IMG/VR virus record: IMGVR_UViG_3300048837_000614
Coordinates: 21,920-85,919 of that record
DNA: 64,000 nt
Direction: 5' to 3' (one strand)
From: a virus
Shown here in pieces: positions 1 to 10,850 of this stretch. The position numbers were made by a program, and so were the translations under genes. A model generated the notes under the pieces. The model saw nothing but the letters and a program-made list of their open reading frames with translations, was not told the DNA's origin and did no database searches. Position 1 is the stretch's first letter. The number at the start of each line of letters is the position of its first letter.

Positions 1-3000
1 GGAGATAGAATTACTAAGATTAACGAAAGCGATTATGGAGATAAAACATTCTATGCTAAATATAACGAAGAAAAATATCGTATAAGATGGTTAGCTGAAG
101 ATGAAACTATAATCAAAGAAGACTTTTTAACTAGAGGAACTTTCTTGACTGAACCTGAACCTGAAGGCATGGTTAAAGATAACGCTTGGATCAATGGTTT
201 ACTTTATAGATTTGAGTATGTTGGTTTTATCAATGAATATAACGAATTCTTTCAACCCGGTATTACAAAGGCACAAAGAAATACAAATCTAAAGGTTGTA
301 TTCAGTCAACCTATCCCAGTCGAAACAGACTTAGCTGTTCACTACAAAGTTAAAGAAGAGGGTGCTATTGTAACAAAGCAACTTTACATTAAAAAACAAG
401 TAGGAACTGAAGTAGATGTGGATTTAGATATTCTACAATATTTAAGTAATGATAACTTGAACACCTATGAAGATCTTTCATCAGTTCAACAATTTGTAAA
501 GAGTGTTTCGTTTATTGTAGATGGAACACCACTTGAAGAAGAATTAGTGAGTGGAATGACTTTCATAATGGATGAAGAAGAACCTTACCAACTTTCATGT
601 AATTATGATACTACTGCATGGGTTGTAACTTTCAGAAAGAAAACTTACGCATCCGGAGAGTATAGTTTAGGTGCTTCAGTAGGAACTCATAGTTTTGCAG
701 ACAATAGTACAAAATCGGTTATCGAAAATAAAGGTGCATCTTACTTAGATATACTTTATGAAGTTACATTAAATACAGGTGCAAAAGAATATCTACAGGG
801 TTTTAAAGTTCTCGGAGAAGAAGATGTAGAAACGGATATGCCAACAAACATTGGAAGTGATCTAACATTAGTTCCATATTATGGGCCAGAAGTAAACCAA
901 GCTTTTGTTAAAACTTTAACTTTCGGAAAAGAAGACGGTTCATTTGGAATGCCGATGATGGACAGCTTAACGAATAAACAAAAAATCACTCAATACTATA
1001 GAGTAGGAACAGAAGTAAGCCTATTAGCTATAAAAGAACTCACACAAACAAATCAATACAAATACATGGAGATTGATAAATTCTTTGCTGATTTATTAAA
1101 TGGCGTTCCAAGTAATGAGATAGTCTCAGATACATTGATCTTGAATAACAATAGAACGCTATATATTCAAACCGCTAATAAAAAGTTATATAGTGTAATT
1201 TATAAAAATTATTCAAGCCCAAGCAGTACTTATAACTTGGATGTCATAAATTATTACCCATTCCATTTTGAATCAGGTAATATTTCATTTAATACTCAAA
1301 CAAATCAACCCGAAGTAACAAGCTACCTAGGAAGTAGATATGTTCATAAAGGTTGGTCTACAACAAATGGCGGTTCGCTTAATGAATTAAATGTGACTCT
1401 ATTGGAGAATAGAGGAGCGGATTTAATTCTATATCCAATATTTGTAAGATTAGGAGATTTCTTAATTAATTTCACATTTAAAACAAATACAAATACACCG
1501 TTGCTTACAAACTACACATTAGATTCTACTTTGGAAAAGACTGTCACTTACGATAAACTTGGAACTAATCATACATTATACGAAACTTATTTAGCATTTA
1601 TAAACGAGTTAAACGCTAATAGTCCTTTGATAAGTGGGACAGCTATACAACCTCAACAAATAGGTTATAACTTCAATAGATATAGAGTTAATGGTGGCGT
1701 TTGGGAAACAACAATGCCTATCAGAGTAAACTTAGCTATGAATCAATCTGAAATTGAAGGTCAAGATAAAGAAATGACTATCGAAATAGAGTTGATAAGA
1801 AACACATCATACGCACACTTAGTCATAGGAGATTCTTCAAAACCAAACGACTCGTTAAATTTAACGGATATTAATTTCCACACAGGAACTGTTGCATATC
1901 AAAGAAATAAATTTATCAATAAAGGATTGACATTCAGCCAATTAATTTCAAACGGAGAGATACCAGCATTAAGCCCTTATGGTGGAGAAACTCTATACTA
2001 CTGTTATTGGGATCCTTCAGAACCTTATTCAATAAGTGATGTAATGTATAGTGCTAACATTGTTGGCGACATGGAAATATTTGTTAAAGATACAGTTGAA
2101 GGACTGCATCAATTTAGAATTATATATCAAGATTTAAATGGTGTTGGTGGTTTCACAACTATTAAAACAATGCACATTTATGCGAACCAACTTGTTCAAT
2201 ATGGTAGTGTTTGGTTATTTGATATAAATCTTTATAAACCGTCCGATCCAGGAATATACGGATATATATTCAAAGGCTACAGTTCACCAAGTTCTAACGG
2301 TGCAGTAGTCACAAGTTATGCAATAGGTACAGGTAATATCGAAGATATCTACTTAACAGCAGTGCATAGTGCGTTCGGACAGATAAATGTTAATTTCAAA
2401 GTTAAGGGAGAATCTGGGAATCTAATTACAGATTACGACTTAACAGGGGATCATGATTGGTCTAATATGGGAACTTATATGTTTTCAAAACAATATCAAT
2501 TCTATCAAAGATCAACGCATTACTTTTCCCCTACAACACTATTGAATGAATTTAAAGATAGTATAGAATATAACCAAAGAGCTCAAATGGGATATGATGT
2601 CGTAGGTTTTAGAGTAGATTATCCTGAAGGAGTGTTAGGAGAAGGTCATTCAAGTTACCAAATAGCATCCTTTGTAAGCCCTTATATCAACTTAACTAAT
2701 GTGTTAGATTCTGCAATCGATGGGAAGAATTGTGACATAACATTCACATTTATTTTAAGAAGAAAGAGTGGATATGTTCATGTCGAAGTTTTAAATGAAT
2801 CACAGCCAAGCTTAAACACAGGATCATTAGACAGCAGTAATTATCCATATAGAAAATTCTTTATGCCCTGGGGAGAAACTATTCTAGACGTTAGGAACGA
2901 CTTTAATGCCAACTATGAAGAAGGACAAAACCCAATATATGATTTAAGTATTTATGGAGTATTTAGTAATTACTATACATATAACACAGGTGGTGGATAT

Positions 3001-3078
3001 ACATTGGTTATTAATTCTTACCAAGTAAATTCGTCAATGCCACAAAATATTCAAATATTTGTAAGAGATGATATTTAA
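1..3078 (+). CDS. Tail fibre/receptor-binding-like structural protein with Listeria-Bacteroides (InlB B-repeat)-like motifs; 5'-truncated by the window
   Basis: Frame 1 is open from base 1 (GDRITKINESDYGDKTFYAKY...). Recurrent motifs GDKTFYAKY, HKGWSTT..DLILYPIF and GYIFKGY..DIYLTA; beta-rich N/T/Y composition; lies in the structural block. Confidence 0.55.
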   Translation, partial: GDRITKINESDYGDKTFYAKYNEEKYRIRWLAEDETIIKEDFLTRGTFLTEPEPEGMVKDNAWINGLLYRFEYVGFINEYNEFFQPGITKAQRNTNLKVVFSQPIPVETDLAVHYKVKEEGAIVTKQLYIKKQVGTEVDVDLDILQYLSNDNLNTYEDLSSVQQFVKSVSFIVDGTPLEEELVSGMTFIMDEEEPYQLSCNYDTTAWVVTFRKKTYASGEYSLGASVGTHSFADNSTKSVIENKGASYLDILYEVTLNTGAKEYLQGFKVLGEEDVETDMPTNIGSDLTLVPYYGPEVNQAFVKTLTFGKEDGSFGMPMMDSLTNKQKITQYYRVGTEVSLLAIKELTQTNQYKYMEIDKFFADLLNGVPSNEIVSDTLILNNNRTLYIQTANKKLYSVIYKNYSSPSSTYNLDVINYYPFHFESGNISFNTQTNQPEVTSYLGSRYVHKGWSTTNGGSLNELNVTLLENRGADLILYPIFVRLGDFLINFTFKTNTNTPLLTNYTLDSTLEKTVTYDKLGTNHTLYETYLAFINELNANSPLISGTAIQPQQIGYNFNRYRVNGGVWETTMPIRVNLAMNQSEIEGQDKEMTIEIELIRNTSYAHLVIGDSSKPNDSLNLTDINFHTGTVAYQRNKFINKGLTFSQLISNGEIPALSPYGGETLYYCYWDPSEPYSISDVMYSANIVGDMEIFVKDTVEGLHQFRIIYQDLNGVGGFTTIKTMHIYANQLVQYGSVWLFDINLYKPSDPGIYGYIFKGYSSPSSNGAVVTSYAIGTGNIEDIYLTAVHSAFGQINVNFKVKGESGNLITDYDLTGDHDWSNMGTYMFSKQYQFYQRSTHYFSPTTLLNEFKDSIEYNQRAQMGYDVVGFRVDYPEGVLGEGHSSYQIASFVSPYINLTNVLDSAIDGKNCDITFTFILRRKSGYVHVEVLNESQPSLNTGSLDSSNYPYRKFFMPWGETILDVRNDFNANYEEGQNPIYDLSIYGVFSNYYTYNTGGGYTLVINSYQVNSSMPQNIQIFVRDDI

Positions 3079-3091
3079 TTAGAGGTGGATT

Positions 3092-6000
3092 ATGCCAAAC
3101 AAAATGATTACAGGATATAAAGAAAAGCAAATTTATAGAAACGAACGTTTTACAAAAGGCGTAGTCTCAACGAATGACCCTTTGTTTGAAGGGTCTTTCA
3201 GACGTCTAATTAACTTTAAAGTATCAAATCAAAATGCTTCTATCGAAAACAGGGAACCTTTCTTAAGTGTTCCCTTATTCGATTTATCCAATAGAGAGAT
3301 AAAATTATCTAAAGATGCTTTTGTCTTCGCACTAAATAGTGACACAGAACATGCTTTTATTTTAGATCTATATCAAGAAAAAATTACAGTAGATAAATAT
3401 GACGCACATTTTTTAGAAAAAGATATCAATGACTCAAATGATTTCTTTGTAATAGATGGTGATACTATCGAAGTAAAAGGTCAAAGATATCGTTTGGCTT
3501 TCGTGGATGCACCTGAAACTGATGATTACTCTTTCGAAGCGAATGATAGTAATTTTGATAATCTCGGACAAGAAGCAAAAAGTATCACAAATCAATTCTT
3601 ACAGGATCCATTCTCAATAGTGCAATTCGATTTCCAATCTGAAAAGATTGATAAGTTCGGACGTAAACTTGTATTCATCATAAAAAAATTAGATGAACAG
3701 GAATATAAAATTCTTAACCTGGAATTATTGAAAGATGGCTATGCTCACTTTTATAACTTCCACAATTATGATAAGGTTTCAGTAAACTTATATGTCCCTG
3801 AAAAAGTGACTATAGAAGAAACTGAAATCAACTTATTCAATGAAACAAGAGTTGCTTATATATTGGGGCAAGATAAATCATATTCATGCTTTGGAACTAA
3901 GTACACAGAAACGGTTGCTGAAATTCTAGTCAACGCAGAGAACAGTTACTTTACCAAAGCTAAAGTGTATAAAATCAAAAAGGACACAGACCTCAAAGAG
4001 ATCCAATTAGAAGAAATCGTAGATGAAAAAAAGGTATTTCACAAACATCTTATCAAAAGAGTTATTAAAGAATTCGAAATCAGTGAGATTGAAGTTAAAA
4101 AAGATTTAGAGATTTTCAATGATGAAAGTTTGAAGTATTCTATGATTACTAGAGATTTCTCAATCATCAATGGTAAGTATAGAAATCAACATCTAAATAT
4201 GTATATTCAAATACACAATCAATTTGGAACCGAAATTTATAGAGGTTTATTAGAACTCAGCTATACTCCAGGAGTAATCGAAGATAACATTGAAGAGGGT
4301 TTTGATTTCATCACATATAAAAGACCTGAAGCTCATGTAGAAATTCAAGACGTAGTAAATACAAAGCCCAATATCTTGGACGATAGAAGTATTATACCTA
4401 TGACTTATAAAGGTGTTAAAGCAAACGTAAAAGGTTATTCAAACCCAAGTGTAAATACGGTACTACTAAATGTTAATCTAAATAGAAATTTAGAAAGACC
4501 AAATATGGTTAGTGATGAAGTTGTGACTAAGTACTTTAGAACGGATAGACCTATATTTGAAGATATAGAAAGATACAACTTAACGCCATTCTTTAAAGCA
4601 CCAAATATTAGATCAGAAAAAAATAAGTATATGTATCGTTGGGACTTTGTTAATCTTAAAGAAGTAGATTTTGGAAATGAAGATGAGATTAAAAATTTTA
4701 AACCATTCTTTAGAAGTGCTTGGACGGAATTAGTAGACTATCCAAATGAAACAAATAACATTTCTAAAAAGCCAGAAAGAATGAAAAGAATAGCAACTAC
4801 ACTAAAAAATATTAAAACAGCTGATGAATTTTATATGATTGAAAGTTTAGCGACTAAAAGAACAATCACCGCTGATGATTCAGAAGGTTTTAATATTGAT
4901 GAATTAAACGACAATCTGACAGCACCTAAAACTCTAAAAGAGATACAAGCCTTATTTAATAATTTTTTAGAAGAACATACATTATCTGAATTAAAAACAG
5001 AACTTACGAGAATGCATTACATAGTTGATATAGAGGTTGAAACATTAGTAACTATTGGTGATTATCATTTCAAAATAGTTAAGGTTAAAAATAAAACTAA
5101 ACTAAAAGAAGCCATAGAGTCTAATGAGAAAGAAGATGGGTTCTCATTCGAAGAAGATTATGGAAAAGAAGCTAAAGCTTTAAACTACTCAGAAAGACAA
5201 TTGATCTTCACTTCAGAAGAAAACAAAAATAAGAAGATTGCATTCTTATTCTCTGGAATTTCAGTAATATACGAAAATGGAACTAATCCTAAAAAAGTCG
5301 TTCACTATGCCGATGAAACAAGAGGAATTGTATTTGACTTAACGGAAGATAGATCGAGTGTTATACCCTATAACTTAAACATGGGTATACTTAAAAACAT
5401 GAATGTTCCAGGATTAGACTTTGACGATTTCTTCAAGAATGGTATTCAAGCAACATTTTATCTTATGACTTATAAGGATGAAGAATCACTAACCGAAGAA
5501 GATGTTTTCTATGATAATGTAGCCTACAAAAAATCCTCAGCAACATACTTCTTTAGAAAAGGAAATATCTTCAAATACGGAAAAGAAGACTTCGTTGATG
5601 ATAGATTAGATAGAGAGAGCTTCATGATTAGATATGGGAAATACGTTGCAGCTTACCAAGATAGAATTCTAACTTACGGAAACCCGATGTATAAGAATAC
5701 AGTATCTATGAGTGAAGAAGGTGCACCTTATTACTTCTCACTTTATAACACGTTTGAATTCGATCACGAAGTAGTTCATGTCCAATCATTCAAAACGATA
5801 ATGCTTGTATTTACAATTAACGACGTTTGGGTTATCTATCCATGGGAAGATAAAAACATAGAAACAGGCATAGTAACAATTAGTTATAGAATCAAAAAGA
5901 TTCTCTATAACATATCGACCGAAGTTAAGAATAAAGTTACTATTAAAAACATCACGAGATACATCACGTTACTCAGTAACAACGTACTATACCTAATTAA

Positions 6001-6973
6001 ACCTTCTACTTATATTGGTGATGATACAGAGTTTTACTTGAACATACTTTCTCAAAACATCGATAGCATCGTAAGAGATCCATTGACATTTATAAATGAA
6101 AGAATTCAATACTTTGGTATAAATGAAGAGGCTACAAGTTATGATGTTAATCTCAATGCGACCGATAACTATGTCAAATTATACTATTCAACCAAGTTCG
6201 AAGATTTAAAACAGTATACGCTTATATTAACTTATGATATATTAAACAATCGTTGGTATGAAGAAGATACAATGAGTTTCGGAAGACCTCACCAAATCTA
6301 TTTATTAGACTCAACAACGAAATATGAAATGTTGACTGAAATGAATAATCAACTATTCATAACATATCAAACAGATAAGTATAAAATGTTTATGATGGAT
6401 AAGTATAGCCAAAGCTATTATGATAAAAACTTCTTTGGTGATTACCCAATAGAGTACTTCATAGATTCTGGTTATCTAAAACTCAACGAGCATTTAAAAA
6501 AGAGATTTAAAACCCTTCAGATCAATATGAAGAATATTGATTCTAAGGAAATTTTATTTAGTTATAACTTCACAATAGATGATAAACAGTTTGAAAATAA
6601 CTTTGAACCATTCTATACAACGAATGAATCAGATGTTATCGTAGAAGTTAATAAGTTAAAAGAAATAGAGTTAGATCTGAACAGAAGATTATCTACAGAG
6701 AAGAGCAAAAAAATGCTAGAAGAATTAAAGGATAGACTCTATTTTATGAAAGATATCGAAAGCAGTTATAAAAAAGATTTGATTTCAGACATAGGAACTT
6801 TAGAAAATTTCTTCTTGGATTTCTCAAATCTTCAAACAGGTGATATAATTACAGTAAAGCAACATCTGCTTGGTGTTGGTAGATTACCTAGAGTGAGAAT
6901 GAACTTTAGTTCAAAAAACAAGTTTTACATTTTATCGTTCGGGATAATATATTCTGAACACGGAGGAAAATAA
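3092..6973 (+). CDS. Tail tubular protein B/P22 gp10-like nozzle protein with inserted thermonuclease (SNase) domain
   Basis: N-terminus FTKGVVSTNDP...LINFKVS...IENR and propeller-like C-terminus (YQDRILTYG, LTYDILNNRW) resemble podovirus tail stabilization proteins. SNase motifs VIDGDT, RLAFVDAPET, DKFGR, LNLELLKDGYA. RBS GAGGT. Confidence 0.65.
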   Translation: MPNKMITGYKEKQIYRNERFTKGVVSTNDPLFEGSFRRLINFKVSNQNASIENREPFLSVPLFDLSNREIKLSKDAFVFALNSDTEHAFILDLYQEKITVDKYDAHFLEKDINDSNDFFVIDGDTIEVKGQRYRLAFVDAPETDDYSFEANDSNFDNLGQEAKSITNQFLQDPFSIVQFDFQSEKIDKFGRKLVFIIKKLDEQEYKILNLELLKDGYAHFYNFHNYDKVSVNLYVPEKVTIEETEINLFNETRVAYILGQDKSYSCFGTKYTETVAEILVNAENSYFTKAKVYKIKKDTDLKEIQLEEIVDEKKVFHKHLIKRVIKEFEISEIEVKKDLEIFNDESLKYSMITRDFSIINGKYRNQHLNMYIQIHNQFGTEIYRGLLELSYTPGVIEDNIEEGFDFITYKRPEAHVEIQDVVNTKPNILDDRSIIPMTYKGVKANVKGYSNPSVNTVLLNVNLNRNLERPNMVSDEVVTKYFRTDRPIFEDIERYNLTPFFKAPNIRSEKNKYMYRWDFVNLKEVDFGNEDEIKNFKPFFRSAWTELVDYPNETNNISKKPERMKRIATTLKNIKTADEFYMIESLATKRTITADDSEGFNIDELNDNLTAPKTLKEIQALFNNFLEEHTLSELKTELTRMHYIVDIEVETLVTIGDYHFKIVKVKNKTKLKEAIESNEKEDGFSFEEDYGKEAKALNYSERQLIFTSEENKNKKIAFLFSGISVIYENGTNPKKVVHYADETRGIVFDLTEDRSSVIPYNLNMGILKNMNVPGLDFDDFFKNGIQATFYLMTYKDEESLTEEDVFYDNVAYKKSSATYFFRKGNIFKYGKEDFVDDRLDRESFMIRYGKYVAAYQDRILTYGNPMYKNTVSMSEEGAPYYFSLYNTFEFDHEVVHVQSFKTIMLVFTINDVWVIYPWEDKNIETGIVTISYRIKKILYNISTEVKNKVTIKNITRYITLLSNNVLYLIKPSTYIGDDTEFYLNILSQNIDSIVRDPLTFINERIQYFGINEEATSYDVNLNATDNYVKLYYSTKFEDLKQYTLILTYDILNNRWYEEDTMSFGRPHQIYLLDSTTKYEMLTEMNNQLFITYQTDKYKMFMMDKYSQSYYDKNFFGDYPIEYFIDSGYLKLNEHLKKRFKTLQINMKNIDSKEILFSYNFTIDDKQFENNFEPFYTTNESDVIVEVNKLKEIELDLNRRLSTEKSKKMLEELKDRLYFMKDIESSYKKDLISDIGTLENFFLDFSNLQTGDIITVKQHLLGVGRLPRVRMNFSSKNKFYILSFGIIYSEHGGK

Positions 6974-6974
6974 C

Positions 6975-7373
6975 ATGATTTTAGAAATGGATAAAGGCAA
7001 TATTAAGGTTATACAAAATAGTTGTGAAAAAACTGAAGAAGCTTTAATCTATCTAAAGTTCAAAGATACAATTCTTACGAACAAAGATCAAGTTAGCTTC
7101 CTAATTAATGATGTTCCTCTTGAACAAATCAAACCAAACGTTTGGAAGATGAACCATTCTATTCACAACGGAAGAGAAGATAAACTTGTTGTAGTCCTCA
7201 AGAGAGGCGAATACTTAAGAATCTATCAAGGTATCGTCATAGTAAAAAACTATGTTTCATTCGGAGAACTTGGGGAATTTAAACTTCCTCAAGTGATCCT
7301 TGATTTGAATGAAAAAATTGCAAGTTTGGAAAAAAGAATTAAACTTATAGAAAGCAAATCCACAGTGATTTAG
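6975..7373 (+). CDS. Hypothetical protein
   Basis: ORF with GGAGG RBS, tightly packed in the structural operon; C-terminal coiled coil. Confidence 0.7.
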   Translation: MILEMDKGNIKVIQNSCEKTEEALIYLKFKDTILTNKDQVSFLINDVPLEQIKPNVWKMNHSIHNGREDKLVVVLKRGEYLRIYQGIVIVKNYVSFGELGEFKLPQVILDLNEKIASLEKRIKLIESKSTVI

Positions 7374-7385
7374 GAGGAACTAAAA

Positions 7386-7895
7386 ATGATGATTCTAATA
7401 TCAGCACTTGATTGGGTGCAAAGTTTTCAAGGGATAACAACGATTTCTATCGGTGGTATCAGTTTAGGTGGTATCACAGCTTTCATCGTCTATGCGGTTA
7501 AATCAGCGAGCACAATGAAGGGTGTTGGAGACCTTGTTAAGTTAGTCAAAGAAGCGAAAGTTATGCTCGATGAGGAAAAAGAACAAACAAGGATTTATAA
7601 AGAATCTGCAGATAAAAAAGATTTAGAGATTGCAAAACAATCAGAAGTTAATAATCTTTTACTAAAAGGCATGAGTATTGTCATTGCTGCTTCAGGTGGA
7701 ATTGACACTGTTTCAAAAATTGAGATGGTAAACGACATGAAGAACGCAAGAGACATCTTAACTTCTGAAGTAAAAGAGACAGTTAAAGAAACTGTTGCAG
7801 TTGTTAAACAAGAAGCCAAAGAACAATCCGTAAAAGTTTTGGACACGGCGATTAAAGAAGCAGCAACTCTTATCGACAAATACTCTAAGAAGTAG
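7386..7895 (+). CDS. Membrane protein, possibly holin-like
   Basis: AGGAGG RBS; N-terminal hydrophobic helix ISIGGISLGGITAFIVYAV followed by a charged coiled coil. Confidence 0.5.
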   Translation: MMILISALDWVQSFQGITTISIGGISLGGITAFIVYAVKSASTMKGVGDLVKLVKEAKVMLDEEKEQTRIYKESADKKDLEIAKQSEVNNLLLKGMSIVIAASGGIDTVSKIEMVNDMKNARDILTSEVKETVKETVAVVKQEAKEQSVKVLDTAIKEAATLIDKYSKK

Positions 7896-7903
7896 GTGAT
7901 CTT

Positions 7904-8584
7904 ATGAAAGCATATCGCATCATAAGTCTATTAACATTATTTTTACCAATAACAGCACTTCTAGTATTTTTCTACTTTACAAGTAATCAAGGTGTAAAAG
8001 AAATATTAGAAGCACCTAATGTTGTTTTTCCAAACGTGGATAAGAGATACGATTACTTAGTCGATGCTAATGACTATTGGTCTATAGATCCTGTAGAAAA
8101 AACAATATCGTTTCACGCTGAAGTTTTAATATACGAAAATGTAGAAGTTTTAAATGGAACAATTAAAATCGAATATCCAGAGTTCTTCTCAATGGGCAGT
8201 AAGTTCTACGCCATGGATGAAAATGATAACCTGGTTATATTTGATGCAGCAAAACTTGTTAAGGAAAGAATGTTTGAAATGAATTTCTTAATAGGTTTAT
8301 CTGTGTTTATAACAATAGGAACAGTGATGGTTATATCTTTAATAGTCGTTAAAAAAATGCAGTTACTAAATAGACATAGAAGATTATCTGTAGCGATATC
8401 GCTCTGGACATTCACGATCTTCTTTTTGATTATTTCTATGATTAGTAATCAAGTCTACTTAATTTTCTTGGTATTTAGTTTATCGTGGACAGCCTACTAC
8501 ATTGAATGGCTAATTCAAAGAAAGAAAAACGGATTACCTCTTACAGATCAAATTGCACAAAGGGTGGTAATCACTAATGAATGA
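7904..8584 (+). CDS. Multi-pass membrane protein
   Basis: About four hydrophobic segments (one N-terminal, three C-terminal); AGGTG RBS. Confidence 0.7.
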   Translation: MKAYRIISLLTLFLPITALLVFFYFTSNQGVKEILEAPNVVFPNVDKRYDYLVDANDYWSIDPVEKTISFHAEVLIYENVEVLNGTIKIEYPEFFSMGSKFYAMDENDNLVIFDAAKLVKERMFEMNFLIGLSVFITIGTVMVISLIVVKKMQLLNRHRRLSVAISLWTFTIFFLIISMISNQVYLIFLVFSLSWTAYYIEWLIQRKKNGLPLTDQIAQRVVITNE

Positions 8585-9833
8585 ATTAGAAAATAAAAAA
8601 CCACAACCTGAAAAGACGGGTGCTAGTATATTAGTCTCAGAATCATCAAGGAATGGATTTGTTCTCATTATAGCAATATTATTTGTTTCAATTATGAGCG
8701 GTATTCTTGGTGCATTTAAAAATGGAGAGTTCCAAAAGACATATGACTTCGTTCAAGTAAACGTAGCAGTAAGTGAAGTCGATTTCAATGATCCTGTATT
8801 TTCTCAAATAACAGATAAATCAAGAGAATTTATTTACGATAAAGAAGTGATTATGTATGACGAAGAATTCGGTGAAACATATATAATAACAGTACCCTGG
8901 TATAAGGGATATTACAAAAACTACTTCTTTAATAGCTCATGGTTTTACTTAGAAACTATGATGAATACATTAATGGTTGCCATATTCTACGTAGCACTAA
9001 TTAACTTTCTAATTGCAAAGAAGAAATCTAAAGACCGGGTTTACCTAAAACTAACGGGCGAAATCAATAACATTGTAGTAGAGAAGAATGATGTCCCATC
9101 TACAACGTTTGAACCATTCTTAGATGATTGGAACTCGGATAGAAAGAAAAGACAGTTTAAATCGAATATTAAATATAAGCTTTCAAAACTAGAACGAAAG
9201 ACTAAATTTAAAATCAAAAGACTGTTCCAAGAAAAAGATGAAAATGGAAAAGTAAAATTTACATATGAACCAGAAATACTCACTAAAAAAATTAAGTGGT
9301 ATAAATGGTTCAGTAGAGAATCTAAAAAACAAAGAAAAGCTAGAAAATACATTAACAAAAAAATGTCTTTAGAAACTTATCTTACGAAAAATTACATCGA
9401 TGAAAATGTGTTATATGAAAAGGTTAAATATTTCAAATACATTTATCCGTCATTCGTTTATAATGGTAAGAATGGTATTCATAAAACAACAGATGAATAC
9501 TCAGCGATTACATCAGATGATAAGAGAAAATCAAAAGACTTGGGTAGAAAAATACTTTTAGGTTTTGCAACTACTTCAATCTTTGCTACAATACTATCAT
9601 TCACATTGTTTAGTGCAGATGAGAATTGGTTGATTGTAGTTTACACAGTCATTCTAAAATTACTACCATTAGTTCTTCAGTGGATCCTTGGCGTAGATTA
9701 TTCAAATAGTTATATGTCGGACCAACTAATACCAACACAAAAATATCGTTTAAGTATCATCAATATGTATTTAAGTAACAAAGATAAATATATTAGTTTA
9801 GAAAAACAAGTAGTTGCAAAGGATGTGAGCTAA
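8577..9833 (+). CDS. Multi-pass membrane protein
   Basis: Four hydrophobic helices with a large basic loop; overlaps the upstream stop. Confidence 0.7.
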   Translation: MNELENKKPQPEKTGASILVSESSRNGFVLIIAILFVSIMSGILGAFKNGEFQKTYDFVQVNVAVSEVDFNDPVFSQITDKSREFIYDKEVIMYDEEFGETYIITVPWYKGYYKNYFFNSSWFYLETMMNTLMVAIFYVALINFLIAKKKSKDRVYLKLTGEINNIVVEKNDVPSTTFEPFLDDWNSDRKKRQFKSNIKYKLSKLERKTKFKIKRLFQEKDENGKVKFTYEPEILTKKIKWYKWFSRESKKQRKARKYINKKMSLETYLTKNYIDENVLYEKVKYFKYIYPSFVYNGKNGIHKTTDEYSAITSDDKRKSKDLGRKILLGFATTSIFATILSFTLFSADENWLIVVYTVILKLLPLVLQWILGVDYSNSYMSDQLIPTQKYRLSIINMYLSNKDKYISLEKQVVAKDVS

Positions 9834-9834
9834 G

Positions 9835-10776
9835 ATGCCATGGATTAAAAAAGGAACCAAGATGGAATATTATGACGAATCTGGAAACCTAATCAAAAGT
9901 TATGATACAAATCTAGCAAACGGTTGGGACGCTGGTGATATAGGCATGGATCATCCTCTTAACGATGGGTATAAGACAAATAACTTTTTTATAAGAGGTC
10001 AAGTAAAGCATGTCGAATCTGCCATTCAATACTTTTTAGAAAATCAAAAAATGCCATCAGCTTCAGACATAGGAGTCGGCGGTGGTAAACCTTATGACAA
10101 CGTTATGGAAGACGTTAGAAAATGGTTATCCAGAAACGGAATCGATGAAGTAAAGTATTCAAAAGATGCAAATCAGTTTATCTATTCGGATCAAGGCGGA
10201 GAAAAAAATCCGGATGCACCTAAAGTAGCACCTGTAGTAAATACTGAAGCAAGTACTTTGAATCCTTACACGGCTTATCTCGAAGAACAAAGATCTAAAC
10301 AAGAAAACGCTGAACTCGGTTTATTAAACGAAACAACAAAAGCAAATATTCAAAACGCTGAAATTTCTACACAGCAAGGAATGATTCAACAAGCACAATT
10401 AAAAGATCAACTTGTTGAACAAATTAGAAGTGATAGACTTTCTAAAATGCGTGCAGGTTTAACACCTATGCAAATCGCTCAAGAAGATCTTCAGTTCATG
10501 GTAGGAAACATGCAAGGCAATAATCAAAATATGCAGATGATGAATCAACAAAGGTTAGCAGCACAACAACAAAAAGCAATTAACCCATATCAAGCTTATG
10601 TAAATGCAAATGCAGCGATAACAGGTGGACAAGGTTATGTTAATGCGGCGAGTGGTTTTGCAGCAACTGATGCAGGAGATTTATATCAACAAGCATTAAG
10701 AATTGCACAAAGCAAAGGAAGAACGGCACCAAGTAATGATGACTTCTTCATGGCCCAAGGACAAAAACAAGGATAA
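9835..10776 (+). CDS. Putative internal virion/DNA-ejection protein
   Basis: Q/N/A/G/M-rich helical C-terminal half; immediately upstream of the giant RNAP-containing protein. Confidence 0.45.
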   Translation: MPWIKKGTKMEYYDESGNLIKSYDTNLANGWDAGDIGMDHPLNDGYKTNNFFIRGQVKHVESAIQYFLENQKMPSASDIGVGGGKPYDNVMEDVRKWLSRNGIDEVKYSKDANQFIYSDQGGEKNPDAPKVAPVVNTEASTLNPYTAYLEEQRSKQENAELGLLNETTKANIQNAEISTQQGMIQQAQLKDQLVEQIRSDRLSKMRAGLTPMQIAQEDLQFMVGNMQGNNQNMQMMNQQRLAAQQQKAINPYQAYVNANAAITGGQGYVNAASGFAATDAGDLYQQALRIAQSKGRTAPSNDDFFMAQGQKQG

Positions 10777-10783
10777 TAAAATT

Positions 10784-10810
10784 AAGGTGGATATAATTCC
10801 ATCTTTTTTT
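10784..10810 (+). terminator. Rho-independent terminator
   Basis: AAGGTGGA-TATAAT-TCCATCTT hairpin followed by a T-run. Confidence 0.75.
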
Positions 10811-10831
10811 ATGCTATAATGAAAGTATAAA
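10810..10831 (+). promoter_or_regulatory. Extended -10 promoter for the giant protein gene
   Basis: TATG-C-TATAAT (TRTG extended -10) upstream of the GAGGT RBS and ATG at 10851. Confidence 0.6.
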
Positions 10832-10850
10832 AAGTAAACGAGGTAACGTT

